64,000 nucleotides of DNA from the human T2T-CHM13v2.0 reference genome, Homo sapiens. Positions 1 to 13,795 of the stretch are shown piece by piece. How positions within the stretch are numbered: the first letter of the stretch is position 1; every line of letters begins with the position of its first letter. The position numbers and the translations under genes were made by a program. The stretch is from the NCBI RefSeq assembly GCF_009914755.1, contig NC_060938.1; one strand, given 5' to 3'. The notes below the pieces were generated by a model. It had not been told where the DNA came from and did not search any database. It saw only the letters and a list, made by a program, of their open reading frames with translations.

Positions 1-1997
1 GATTAAATTCCTATAATTACTGTGAAGTAAAATGACATATTGGGAAAGTAATTAAACCAATTTGGTAATGGGACATAATTATTGAAATACAAGGTTATCA
101 CGTTAAAACCTGATCCCACATCTGAAAATAGAAGAAAAATGTTTTAATCAGTCCACACCACATTTAATATTAATTAATCAAGTAGGAAAACGGAGAATAT
201 TTTCTATCAGGGAAAGTAATAAAATAAATACTAAAGATCACTACTCAGAATAATAACTTATTTTTAAAATGCTATATCAGGTTTTCTTACCTCAATTCAC
301 GAGCCCTTTAGATTTTACGTTTCTAAGTAATAGTCTTTATTGTCAATAGAGTCTTAAGCACAGGGAGTGAAGGAGTTTGAGTGGGTCCTTTGTCATTTTT
401 ACTTATATCAGAGGCAAGAGGCAAAGGAGATTGTTTAGTTGCTACTTTCTGAGTTTATCTCTTCATAATTCAAACCTGAGAATTTCAACTCCCCCAACAA
501 GGTACTTACAGGCTGAAGTTAAGAAACCCTTTAAAAATTTTGTGGACCAGAATAAAATTATCAGTTCATTCAACTTTCCATAACGCTTCCAAGGTAGAGG
601 TGATTCAGCTAAGAGACAGCATGTGGATTTCTTAATGAATAGTAAACTTTGTAAGTTTGTATGTACCCTAAAAAGTTTTTGCCTTAACCCAATCACATAT
701 GTTAAAGTCAGACAATATCTTAGAAACAAAGACCTTCCTTCCATTCCCAAATGACAAGTTGGCATTTCACAAATACCTCTTTAGTTAAATAATGGGGTGG
801 TCATAATGATGAAGTGGTGAATATAATTTGAACTAAAATATATTCTGAATGCTCATGTGTAGAAAAATAAGCAGCCTAATAAAACATATTAGTAGTGACT
901 TTGTACTAGATGTCATCAATGATATCTTCTAATCCTGAGTCTTCAAATGTAGTCACAAACATGCCATTGGTACATTCTTATGAGATATCACCAAGGAACG
1001 GAGAGTACTTGAATTTAGCCACTTTAATTTCCTTCTTACTAACTTCTATTTTCCACATCTACAGCAGGAATCAAGATTTTAAATGTATTTGATTTTGTCA
1101 TATTATACTCATACAACTCTGTAACCCCAGTTAAGTCCTCCACAAAGAGAAACTAAGTGACCAAAATCTTGCATGCACTTTCTTTAAATAATAAATCTGC
1201 TCCATATCATGTGGCCAACTTTCAAACAGAGAAGACCTGATACACTGGTACATTCTTGGACTATATCCCAAACTCAATTGCCTCATTGAACTTTAATTCT
1301 TCCTAACATGTTATTGGAACCATCGTTTTATTGAGCACTCCAGCCCTAGATCTGATGATCAACAATGACTTTCTGCTATCACTCTTGACTTCTCCCCAAG
1401 CCAAGCCCTACAGCATACCCTCATTTTGTATTACCCTTTGGCTAGCCATGCAAATTTTACACTACCTTGAACCATTCAGATCTTAATACTTTACCATGTC
1501 ATTGATCATGTAGGCACAGATTTCCACAGTCCTGAAGTGGAAAACCAAATAATTATGAAAGACGTACATTTTGCCTTTGTTACTAGTTCAAGGCTCCCTT
1601 TTCTATACCCATAGTCTCTTACAATCTTGGTTCATAAACTCTTAGAGATATGTCGATGTCATGATGGTTGCTCTATAGACTCCTTCTGCCTAAATCAGAG
1701 ATGTACAATTTTTGTAAAAGCTTATAGATGTCACAGAATACTTCCTCCCTCAGTGAAATATTTTATAGTATGCTTCCTGTGTTCGTCTTCTTCCATCACC
1801 ATGGTGATTAAAGGACTGATCAGTACCACGGCTACCTGGAACACAAACTCAGACATAATTGCTCTGGAACTTCTCCTGTAGTTCAATTGTTGCTTGAGCC
1901 AGCAGAAATTTGATTTTATGTTACTTGCAAATAAAAGATGCCTAGCATCTAATTCAGTCTTTCGTCTCAGGGAACTGCTTATTCTACTTTAAGACTT

Positions 1998-2043
1998 TAG
2001 GAGACAGGGGAAGAAGACAATAGGAGACAGGGGAAGAAGACAA
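1998..2043. repeat. Perfect 23-bp tandem duplication
   Basis: taggagacaggggaagaagacaa occurs at 1998-2020 and 2021-2043. Confidence 0.95.
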
Positions 2044-2608
2044 GGGCAGCATGTGACAAGAGCAAAAAATCAATTTGATGGACTAACATAACAAATCTTG
2101 TGTTCTCTGAAACAACGGGGCCAGCTTAACAGACTTCACAAGATTGTCATGATGAACATATTCAGCAACTCACTGCTCAGGCAGTGTTTCAGGAAGCTTG
2201 TCCAGGTATCTATGAGACAATCATCAAATCGTTGAGTCTAATCAGCATGAAATAAAATGGTTGCTTTTAAATATTCTTAAATACTCTCAGTTCTGAGCCT
2301 TTGGCACTTTTAAAATACATGCAAAGAATAAGTTTTTCTTGAGTTTTGATATGAATTATGAGAACTGAGAATTTGACACTGACCTAAATTACTAACAAAA
2401 GGCTTTAAATATCAATGAATAAAAGTGGAACAGAAGAAAAATGTTCATTTTAATTTTTAAAGAAAACATTTTCATTTTATTAATCTTTCTAACAAAAATA
2501 TAATTATCTTCAAATGAAAGAGCAAGATTATTAATAATTTTCACTTTTAGAAGAACTTGAAAGAGAATAGAAACATTTTCTAGTGGAGTGAATCTTTTAA
2601 ATGCAGGT

Positions 2609-2968
<360 letters not shown>

Positions 2969-4399
2969 TCAGGCCTTTTATTACTAAGTAAATATAATTC
3001 AATGTTTACCCTTTAAAAAATATTGAAATCTGGCTGACAAAATGCATCATAAGTGGAATTCCATTTAGGGGAAGAAAAGTCAGGCCTTTCCATGGTTTCT
3101 TTAGGTCAGCATTGGAATAATTATACACTAGCATATAAGCAAAAAATAAGCTAAATATATATAACTTGATCTGATATAAAATTCAAATGTCTTCTCATGG
3201 CTCAGTTCGTCAACATTTTTCTCAATTTTAAAGAAAAAAAGCACAAGAAACACAAGCAATTTTCTCTTTCATGTTGACTTCCAAAATAATGTCTGCATGA
3301 AGCCTGCAGGGAAGCTTGGGAATTAGAATCCTTTTTCAATTAGCAAAGGAAAATCTAAGAAAATTTCCAGTAGTGACTCAATTAATCCAACTACAGCAGG
3401 GAGTATATACTAATAGTTAGAATAAGAAATGGAGAGAAGGTGCCTCAAACACCCTTCTAATTCCAAAGCCTGAAAACGGAGTGGCCAAAGGCAATTCTAC
3501 TTGCCTGCCTGTCCTTCAGATTTCCCCATTGTAAAAATAAACAAATGAAATTTAATCTAGTTCAATCATAGGGCAATGTTTATAGAATACTTACAAGTTT
3601 TACTAACAGTGTTCATAGAGCAGGGCCAAGAAAGGGTCTAGAGACTGACAAGGCTATTAATTGCTAGTTACGTCCTACATTAAGTTTGTGTTCCTCACAT
3701 CTTCCTTGACGATGAGAATATTTTCACATTTGTCTTCATTCTCAGATAGTTCTACTTTTCTGGATGGGGAGACATTTTGTCAGTGTAACTGAGACAGCTT
3801 TAATAGAATCAATTTCAATTTTAAATCTCTCTTGAGAGGCACTCACATCTTGTAGGTTCACCTAGGCTGATTCCAATGATGTCTCTTGAGTAACTATCCT
3901 CGGGCCATATGCATGCATTTTGGCTTCTAGCTGAGATTCCGCTGAATTAATAGTTGATTAAAATTGTTTTAAGAAAAATGTCACTGAATGGCAAAATGCC
4001 AAATAACAACTGAATTCATTTGTGAGGCACAAAGACGAGTGTTACTATCTCCACCCCATCTCCCACAGGCCAATGGCAGTCCTGACAAAGTACAAAGTGA
4101 AGCTCTCGTCTCAAAGAAAAGACACAAAATCCCCAGCAGCCCCATCCCAGAGAGGATATGACAGCAGAGCTCCAGGGTGGACACAGCTCATGATAACAGT
4201 GGATTTCTCTTGCTTCCCCTTGATATGATATCATACCTTTTATTTTTTCCAATCAAAATGTAGATTAAATTTCATAATGCACTGCAAAGTGTTTTCAAAA
4301 TGCAAACTCGTTACAAAAACCCATTGAGTAATATTATTAATTTATGTTTATTGCTATATAGAAAGAATCTTGCTGCTTTTCTGTTTTTGACTATTTGCA

Positions 4400-4730
4400 C
4401 ATGCTCTTTCCTCTGTTTGGAATGCCTTTCTCATTTTCCGCTTGGAGAAAGCCCAACCCACCAGGAGAAAAACCTTCCTTGGCAAACTTGCCACTACCCC
4501 AGAGCCTCTTGTGACTCCTATGGGTTCCCAGAGCCTACTGTGACCCCTCTTACTTCTTAGCTCTTGGCATGCTCTAATATAATGTTAGATTAATATAGCT
4601 CTTCTGGCTGCTAGACAGTGACTGTCCTGAAAGTAGAGGAAAGAGAGCATCATGTTGGTATCTGGTGGGTGTTTAAGAACAATGCCTAGTACAAAGGTGT
4701 ACTAAAATAAACATGTTTTTTGAATTAATG
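4400..4730 (+). mobile_element. Degenerate L2 LINE 3' fragment
   Basis: L2-like tail aatgcctagtacaaagg...aataaacatgttttttgaattaatg. Boundaries approximate. Confidence 0.55.
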
Positions 4731-7282
4731 TAACTAGTGCTGCCCAGTAATAAATGCTTTCAATAAGCAACATAATTTAGATTTCTGTATCCTATGGAGT
4801 TACCTCAGTACTTTCAAAACACACACTAGCAATGTAGGTAATGGGTTATCATTAAAGTCTTACTTTTTTTTAGGTTGACTGCTGACTCAAATGTGCTTTA
4901 TTTTGTAGCCATAATTTGTTCACATTTGTCTTCTTTATTACCCCATAGGCTCTTTGATAAAAGAGATGGTGCCCCAATTCTTGTGCCTAGCAGGCACAAA
5001 AAGAAATACATTTGAATAAGTAAATAATCAAATATGGAAAGATGACTTATGGTGCCCATGGCTAGGCAGAGGGTGTAGGTATTGTGGATTGATTCAATAG
5101 CTACACAATCAAATAGAGATGATAACTGGAGTTAAGATGTAACATTGGATCTGGGACAGGGAGAGTTTAGGAAACTAACAATAAAATCCTTCCATAAACT
5201 AAAGAACGCTCGCCACTATCAGGATGAAAAAATATGTCCTATGGAAAGATGTTGCCATAGAAATAGGGTATATGACCCTACAATGCAGAAGAGTTAAAAC
5301 TGGTACTGATGAAAGAGGTTTGTTATTCATCTGAGAATTAGTAAAATAATGTCTAGCTATCCCAACTCCATAAATGGCCTAAAGGAAAGGACTGTAACAA
5401 GCAGTTTTCCAAAAAAAAGGACAAGTTGCTTGGACATAGAGCAAAGGGGAAAATATGAGGACATGATCGATTCCATCCATGGACAACTGCCTGAGAATCA
5501 GGGAGGAATGAGGTTGGAAAATCCCCCTTTATTTTTTTTCCGCATAGGTGTGTTCATTTCCAAGCAGTTTGGCTTCTTTCAATCCTGGCCTTCTTCCTGC
5601 TGAATACAGAATCATTTCAGGGGCCCAATAGTTTACCAACACCTAGTCCAGATGCACTGACAATTCTGGCATGCCTCTCCATTTTATCAAAGCACCCAGA
5701 CATCAGAGCATCTGTATTGCACCAGCTGGAGGCCAGCCCCTTTATCCTCATGCTTATGTGTTCTTAGGATACATAAGCACTTGGAAAACCACTTAGAGGG
5801 ATTACCAGCCAAGGTACCACATAATGCAGCTAGCCACTATTACCAACAGAGACCTAACACCAGTACATGTTTTGTTGAGAAAAATTAAAAAGCTACTCAG
5901 CTGTAAAAGCCATTTCCCACTCAATTGTTGGCAGCCTCAAATTGCAGTTATGTGGACCCAAGCAAGCAGTAACACACACGCATACCCTTCAGTTAAAGCT
6001 CAAGAGCCACATGATTTAGCTTTGAGTCCCAGCAAATAACTAGAAAGGTTTTCCTTTCTTTTTCTTCTTCCAGTTGGTCGACAGGTATAACAAGTTGACT
6101 GGGTCTGCAGTCAGCTCCATCAGAGAGTGTGAATAACAGAGCAAAAGGCAGAAAGATTTTATGTGTCTGGCGAACAGAGCATCCCCAGGGAAATCTTCAG
6201 AGGTTGAAAACATTTTTCGGAATTACTGCAATATACTACCTTTGTCAAAGGTGCTTACAGTGATTGAAACATATTAATTAAGTTTCCTTCCTGACCTTTG
6301 GGATTGGGACTGTAAAGTAGCATTAAAGCAGATTTGTAGAAGATAACAAAGGGGCTGTTATCCAACCAGTGCTGACCCAATCATGCATGCATAGGGTCTC
6401 CTTATCACCATGCTTTTTTCTCCACAGTCTGTATAGCCAGAGAGAAGTCAGGCTAGGCTTATATTCAGGTACTTTCTTCCGCTCTCTAAAGTTTGAAGGA
6501 TATTGTAAAGCTTATAGTAGGGTGGGGAAAGGGGGTCTTCAAAGACATGAAATGGCAAAAAAGAAATATGAAATTTGGAGAGGAGCAGTATAGTGAAAAT
6601 TGCTCATGGCTTTTCTTACCAATTGGTTTTTAGCAATGATGATCTCTACAAATAGTGTTCTCAGTCATTTTGAATGGAGAGATGAACTAATACAATTCAT
6701 TTTTAATCAGTATTTAGGAAAACTGCCAGATTGCAGGAAGCCAAAATTGGTTGACTGTTAGTCTTTCCCCTGGATTAACAATCATCTCTAAATGGATAAC
6801 TTCCTTGTCTGTGCCTCAATTTCAATGTTCTCAATAGACCTCATATGGCATTTCCTGTTGAAATAGTTCCTGAGCTCTCTGGTGAATTTTGGAGGTGTTT
6901 GAGAGGTAGATCATCCTCCTGTTCATGAGCCCCTGGCCTTTTGTGAGTATCCCTTACACTCTTCAGGACCCTTCCTCCCACAGCACTGCCCTCCTGCCAG
7001 GGAACCCCACTGCGCTCGGTCCTGCAGGCCCTGACCTGGCCTCACTTGGGGATGGACTCCTCATCTAACAAGAAGGAAAGTTTCCTAGTTGAGAAAAGGA
7101 GTGAACTTTGGGATTAAAGCTCTTCTTATTTCCTTGACTATGGCCAGATTGTTTAACTGATTTCATTTCTTTTCTCTTCCAGAGACATTCAGTCCTTACA
7201 GATGTCCTGCTGTTTGGGTTTCCAAATTACACTTCTTACACTGACTACCCAGAGCATAAATTCTGTTGCCACATGGATGTCC

Positions 7283-7420
7283 TGGATTGAACCTGGCTCT
7301 AACGCTAGTAAACTTTGGGTCCTTAGGTAAGTCACTTAATTTCTCTCTGCCTCAGTTTTTCCATCTGTAAAATGAAGTTAATAAGCTATTTTTATTTATA
7401 GGTTTGGTACAGGAATTGTA
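7283..7420 (+). mobile_element. MIR SINE core
   Basis: ccttaggtaagtcacttaatttctctctgcctcagtttttccatctgtaaaatg matches the MIR core ccttgggcaagtcacttaacctctctgagcctcagtttcctcatctgtaaaatg. Confidence 0.85.
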
Positions 7421-8080
7421 TTTTCTAGGTTTTCCACATGTCTCACATTCCTTTTGCCATAGGATCACATGTTGGCCTCCTAACATGCATGGTCCCTGAA
7501 GGTATTTGAATTTGCAGTTTAAGTGTTTTCAGAGTCCTCATTGACCACTGTAAACCAAGGTCTAGGAAATATCATAGAAGATGCTAAGATTAAATACTTA
7601 GATTAAACAGATAATTCTTCAAATTAGAGATTCTTCTATTCAACTTTGTTCATGGGAGATTTGGAACCCAAACCACCTGATAAATCATCACTGCCCCTCT
7701 ATGCCCAGAAGGCAGCCCAAAGAGCAGTGTGAGCCCTTGGGAGAACTGCAATTCAATGTTTACAATGAAGAATGCTCCATTTATGAACGTTAAAGACTAG
7801 GTAATTCAAAATCAATTTCATATTAGACAGTATGCAAGTTGTGAGTTCAAGGAGGGGAGAGCTAGCGGGAGGTGGATTAGGCCAGCAAGTCTCAGGACAT
7901 TGGGCAGGTTCAACGGAAAGGAAAGAAAGATGACAAAGCAGTTTTATCTGGAAGAGTGAGAAGAGGTCAAGGGTAGCACAAGTAGCTATGCAAACCCTTG
8001 GTCTAATTAAATAAAATTTTGCTTTTCCAAAAAGCTTATCATACCTGCAAGTTCAAAATTTAAATTTGAAGAACTGAAAT

Positions 8081-8103
8081 ACACACACACACACACACAC
8101 ACA
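8081..8103. repeat. (CA)n microsatellite
   Basis: Direct inspection. Confidence 0.9.
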
Positions 8104-9309
8104 TACATACATATATTTCAGTTCTTGCTGATACAGTCATCACAAAAAAAACTAACAACAAGATCTTCTAAAATTAAAAAGCTCCACCTAAGAACTGGAG
8201 ACAGATCAACCATGATGACATCATGAAATAAAACTTTTTTAAAAAAACTGGCTAATGCTTTACAGACTCATACTTGGATGCTGCCTACTCTGTGTCTACA
8301 GTATTTCTGCTTTCAGTGTTTTCCTACCTTTTACAGCTCTAGCATCAGATCTTTTTCCCTCTTTAATGTTTTTATTCTGCAATCTAAAAACATTTTACTT
8401 CAAACACCTGTACATCTTCTTGCAAATGATCAATGAAAATGTGTCAAATTGAATTGATCTTGGTGGCCTCCCACAAAGCAGCTGCACCTTCCTCCTCAAG
8501 CCCCTTCCTGTCCCCTCCCCGCATGTGCCATGCCACACTCTGCTATAGGTTGCTATTTATCAATAATTATTATGTAAAAATCTGTCAACTTATATTTGGT
8601 CCACATGCTCATGTATTTAAAGGGTAGAAATTCTTTTGAAATTACCTTGTAAGATTGAAGACAGGAGGGAAGCTAGGGAAATCCTTTCACTTTTAGATAA
8701 AGATTGAAAAGTTAACTCTTGAGTCACAAACATAAAAAACTACGTAAATTCATGAATATACATTGGGCATTATTTTTATAAAAGAGACCCCCCCCCCCAA
8801 AAAAAAAAAACTACTGTTGCTTTATTTCTTTCCTCTTTCTCTTTCTTTCCATTGCTTTTTGGACTAAAATTCTCTAAGCCCAGAATTCTCACTGGAAGGA
8901 ACATTTATTATTTACTTTGGTGATTTAGAAAGTGCCTATTCTGGCAACTATTCATTGAATTTTAAAATTAACCATAAATTACATGAGTTACTCCCAATGA
9001 ATATCATTGACCAATGTTTCTGCCATTACCGGGCATAGATTGATCTGGCAAACTACAAGAAATGAGACAAAAATACTAACCAGTCAAAAGCTAGATCAAA
9101 TAAACGTGCTTTGCATTGCGACCCAGTGATGGCAGCTTTCAACAGGAACTGCAGAGGGGAAGTAGTTTTTGGTTTTGTTTTAAGTGCTAGGACCCCTTTT
9201 GAGTAGCTGTCATCATTTAATACTCTAGGATAATTTAAGATAAATATTGATGTGTCTCTCAGAAGTTTAAGATATAACAGTCACATGTTTTTCAACAAAT
9301 AGGAGAGAG

Positions 9310-10693
9310 GACTGCTATCTATTTAGTTCATTGCAGGAGCAAGAAGCAAATTTTCCCCAAAAAATTACAGTTACAGTGGGAGTAACTGTCAACAACATTA
9401 GCTCTGTAATGTAAACAAGTAGAAAACTGAACAAAATGTATGAAACAACTATTTTTAGGCATCGGACCACAGACAGCCTAGGACTAAGATTGCTGAGACT
9501 GCTAAGATTCCCTTGCTGTGATTGCAAAGGAAACAAATTTGAATTGCCCAGGCATTCTGCTTGGGGTAACTTTCCAGATTTGGAAAGAGAGAGAAAGAAC
9601 TCAAACAGACACAGCATGGTGATTTTAGTGCATTGAATAGGTAGAGATCAGAGTTCCAGGAAGCTAAGACAGATGGAATGTGTGGACATAGTACTAGACA
9701 GAAGAGGAACACATAGAGGAAAACCTTCAGAAATCTTCATAGGTGCATAGGGCACCTTTGAATCTGTTATTGAATACTGAGCTACACATGCATAGAGTAG
9801 AAAATCCATAAAGTCTGACAAAGAACTCTCAGGGAGCCATAAACTGAACAATGCCCAGAGCTCAAACAAAGCTGGGAGACATGCGAATTCCAATCAGCCA
9901 GGATGGGGCATTCAGGTACAACTGGTCCTATGGTAAATACTACATTACACTACTAAAAATAAGGCTTAAAAAATGATGAAGTTAATCTGCAAACAAATTC
10001 AAGGCTAGTTAAAACATTTTTCCAACACTTTATTGGGAAAAAAACACCTTAAATGACATAAAATATGATACTTTACATATTTATACTATTAGATGATAGT
10101 GTCTGATATCCAAAGAAAAAATTACTAGCCATAAAAAAATGAAGAAAAATGAGATGAAGAGCCAGGTGAAAAGTCAGCCAATAGGAACAGACCAAAAATG
10201 ACAGAAATAATAAAATTGTCAGAAAAAAACTTTAAAACTGCTATTAGGAATAAATTCAATACGTTCAAGTGTTAAACCAAAAAGATAAATGTGATGTGAG
10301 GAGAAAGGAAAGCTATAAAAAAGTTCCAGGTGGAAATGCTAAAGACGAAATATACGATATTTGAAGTGAAAAACTCAGTGGATGTGATTAACAGCAGATT
10401 GGATAGTGCAGAAGTAAACATTAGTAAATTTGAAGACATTGCAATAAAAACTATCCGAACTGAAGCACTGATATAAACGACTAAGCAATCAACACAATGT
10501 CAGAGGCCAGTGGGACAATATGAAGTATTGTAGCATATGTGAATACAGAACCCCAGAAAGATACAGAAAGTGTTTGGGAGGTATAAAGAAATAATGCCCT
10601 CAAATTTTCTTAATTTGATAGAAACTCTTAATCTGAAGATTCAAGGAGCTCAGTGAACCAGAAGTAGCATACATATACATAAACACAATACAG

Positions 10694-10727
<34 letters not shown>

Positions 10728-11410
10728 ACACACACACAACCAACTATGAGACCAAGGTACATCATAAACACATTTCTGAGAACCACAATAAAGAAGATTT
10801 AAATCTACCAGAGGTGAGGGTGGAGACATGATATATAGAGAGAAAAGAAAAAAAAATTACTGAGGACATGTCAAAAGAAATAAGATAAATGAAGGAAAGA
10901 AAAAGAAAGACCCAGTTTAAAAGTAGTGAAAGAAAAAAATAAACAATCAAATTGCATTCTAAATCTAGCAAAAATATCTTTAAACATGAAGGCATAATAA
11001 GGAAATTTCCAGACAAACAAAAGCCAGGAGAATTTGTTGCCTGCAGACTTGGATTTAAAGAAATAATATAGAAAGTTTTCACACTGAAGAAAAATGATAC
11101 CAGATGGGAACATGGCTTCAAAAAAAGAATTAAAATACTGGACATGACAAATACGTGGCAAATATGAAAGTCTTTCTTTCAATAACAATGAAGGGTGGGG
11201 TTTATAACATGTAGAGTTAAAATGTTTTAAAAGAGTGCCCAAAGGATGGGAAGAAGGAAATGAAAATATACTGTTATAAGGTTCTTATCTGTGAAGTGGT
11301 ATATTATTTGAAAGCAGAGACTCTGGTTAACGATGCACATTTTAAATCTTAGAGTAATCATGAAAACTAGCAAAAGGTGAAAAAAAAAGGTGTTGTATTT
11401 AATAAACCAA
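9310..11410 (+). mobile_element. Old L1M LINE 5' region (5'UTR and degenerate ORF1)
   Basis: A-rich sense strand with ORF1-like segments (aacagcagattggatagtgcagaag..., ttcaaggagctcagtgaacc, ccagacaaacaaaagccaggagaatttgttgcc). Contains (CA)n at about 10696-10738. Confidence 0.75.
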
Positions 11411-11546
11411 CAAGGACAAACACTCTCAGTCATTCTCTCTGTGGTATTCAATACTTCAGATTGTTCAAGCTCTTCTCTTCTGCCATTGGTTTGAGTAATA
11501 TAAAAGTCCCTGTGGGTTTAGGCCCAGCCTGATAAGAAGTGAGACA

Positions 11547-11840
11547 GGCTGAGTACAGTGGCTTACATCTGTAATCTCAGCACTTGGGGAGGCTAAGGCA
11601 GGAGGATTGCTTGAACTCAGGAGCTCAAGACTAGCCTGGGCAACAGAGCAAGACCTCTTCTCTATTAAAAATCAAAAAAATTAGCCAGGCATGGTGGTAT
11701 ATACCTGTAGTCCCAGCTACTCAGGAGGGTGAGGTGGGAGGATTGCTTGAGTCTGGGAGGCAGAGGTTGCAGTGAGCCATGAGCCACTGCATTCCAGCCT
11801 GGGTGATGGAGACCCTGTCTCAAAAAAAAAAAAAAAAAAA
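11547..11840 (+). mobile_element. Alu SINE (AluJ)
   Basis: AluJ diagnostics (ggaggattgcttga, cctgggcaacagagcaagacc) and poly-A. TSD aagaa(g/a)tgagac at 11534-11545 and 11839-11850. Confidence 0.95.
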
Positions 11841-12706
11841 GAAATGAGACTTGTGGTTTTTAGATTTAAAACCCATGATGCTTTCAGTACTAAAGCCACT
11901 TGGAAATAACAATTTCCATCAGGATCAGCCATAGGTAAGATTATAAAGTAGGAAAAGTCTATCATCCTTATTATTCCTTTAATGGACAAGCTACTATTAA
12001 AAAAAAAATTAGAGGAGAGGCCAAGATGGCTGATTGGAAGCAGCTGTGGTCCACAGCACTCATGGAGAGGAATGAGTGCCTCCTCACTGGGTGGGATCTT
12101 CCTGTGGGGGCTTCAGCCACTCCAGCCAGGGTTATACAGAGAGAACTCGTATCTTTTCCTCAGATGGCGCTCCCAGGGGCAGGGGTGGCTGCCATCTCTA
12201 TGATTCAGTTGTCTCAGCCATCCAGCCTGCCAGCTTTGGAGAGTCCAATGGTCTGGATGAGGAAGGGTCCCTCACAGTGCAGCACACTTGCTCTACCAAA
12301 AAGCAGCCAGACTGCTTCTTTAAGTAGATTATTGATCCTGTTCCTCCTGACTGATAGTGTTCCTCTGACTCCCATCCAAGGTCTCCAGCCACTTTTCACA
12401 GGTACGTTCAGGCCAGGAACATGTCATTAACCCCATGGGCTAGAGCTTCCAGAGGAAGAAGCAGACTGCCATCTTTGCTGTTATGCAGCCTTCACTGGTG
12501 ATACCTCCAGGTACAAAAAAAACTGAGGCAACTCTAGGGTCTGAAGAGTACCCCCAGCAAACAGCAGCAGCACTACAGAAGAGTGGCCTGATCACTAATA
12601 GAAAAACAAACAGAAAACAACAACAGAACATCTACAAAAAGACCCCACAAAATCCCCATTCAAAAGTCAGTAACCTCAAAGATCAAAAGTAGATAAGTCC
12701 ACAAAG

Positions 12707-13750
12707 ATGAGAAAAATCAATGCAAAAATGATGGAAATATAAAAAAGATGGAATGCCTCTTCTCCAAATGGCTGCAACACCTCTCCAGCAAGGATACAGA
12801 TCTAGGCTGAGGCTAAGATGGCTGAATTGGCAGAAGTAGGCTTCAGAAGGTGAGTAACGATGAACTTCACTGAACTAAAGCAGCATGCTGTAACCCAATG
12901 CAAAGAAGCTAAGAATCATGATAAAACAATACAGGAACTGATAGCCCGAATAGCCAGTTTAAAGAGGAAAATAACTGACCTGATAGAGCTGAAAAACACC
13001 ATACAAGAACTTCACAATGTAATCACAAGTATCAATAGCAGAATAGACCAAGCAGAGGAAAGAATCTCAGAGCTTGAAGATGATCTTTCTGAAGTAGACA
13101 GGCAGACAAGAATAGAGAAAAAAAGAATGAAAAGAAACAAACAAAACCTCTGAGAAATATGGGATTTTGTAAAGAGATTGAGTCTACAATTGGTTGAGGT
13201 ACCTGAAAGAGACAGGGATAACGGAGCCAAATTGGAAAACATACTTCAGGATATCATCCAGGATAATTTTCCCAACCTAATAAGGCAGGCCAACATTCAA
13301 ATTGAAGAAATGCAGAGAACTCCAGTAAGATATTCCATAAAAAGATCTACCCCGAGACACATAATCATCAGATTCTCCAAGGCTGAAATGAAAGAAAAGA
13401 CGTTAAGGACAGCCAGAGAGAAAGGCCAGGTCACCTACAAAGGGAAGCCCATCAGACTAACAGCAGACCTCTCAGTGGAAACCTTACAAGCCAGAAGAGA
13501 TTGGGGGGCCAATATTCAACCTTCTTACAGAAAATAATTTCCAACCCAGAATTTTGTATCCAGCCACACTAAGCTTCATCATTGAAAGAGAAATAAGATC
13601 CTTTTCAGACAAGCAAATGTTGGGATAATTCCCCACCATCAGGACTGCCTTGCAAAACTCCTGAAGGGAGTACTAAATATGGAAAGGAAAAACCATTACT
13701 AGCCACTAGTTCAGTAAAAACACACTGAAATACACAGACCAGTGACACTA
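12707..13750 (+). pseudogene. L1 ORF1p remnant (frameshifts and stops)
   Basis: ORF pieces 12860-13153 (coiled coil, SRIDQAEERISELED) and 13178-13537 (STPRHIIIRFSK, GQVTYKGKPIRLTADLS). Confidence 0.9.
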
Positions 13751-13795
13751 TGAAGCAACCACATAAACAAGCCTTCAAAATAATCAGCTAGCATC

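Noticed and set aside
10762-11242. Hydrophobic 123-127-aa minus-strand ORFs
   Set aside because: They are the antisense of A-rich L1M sequence; the hydrophobicity is compositional.
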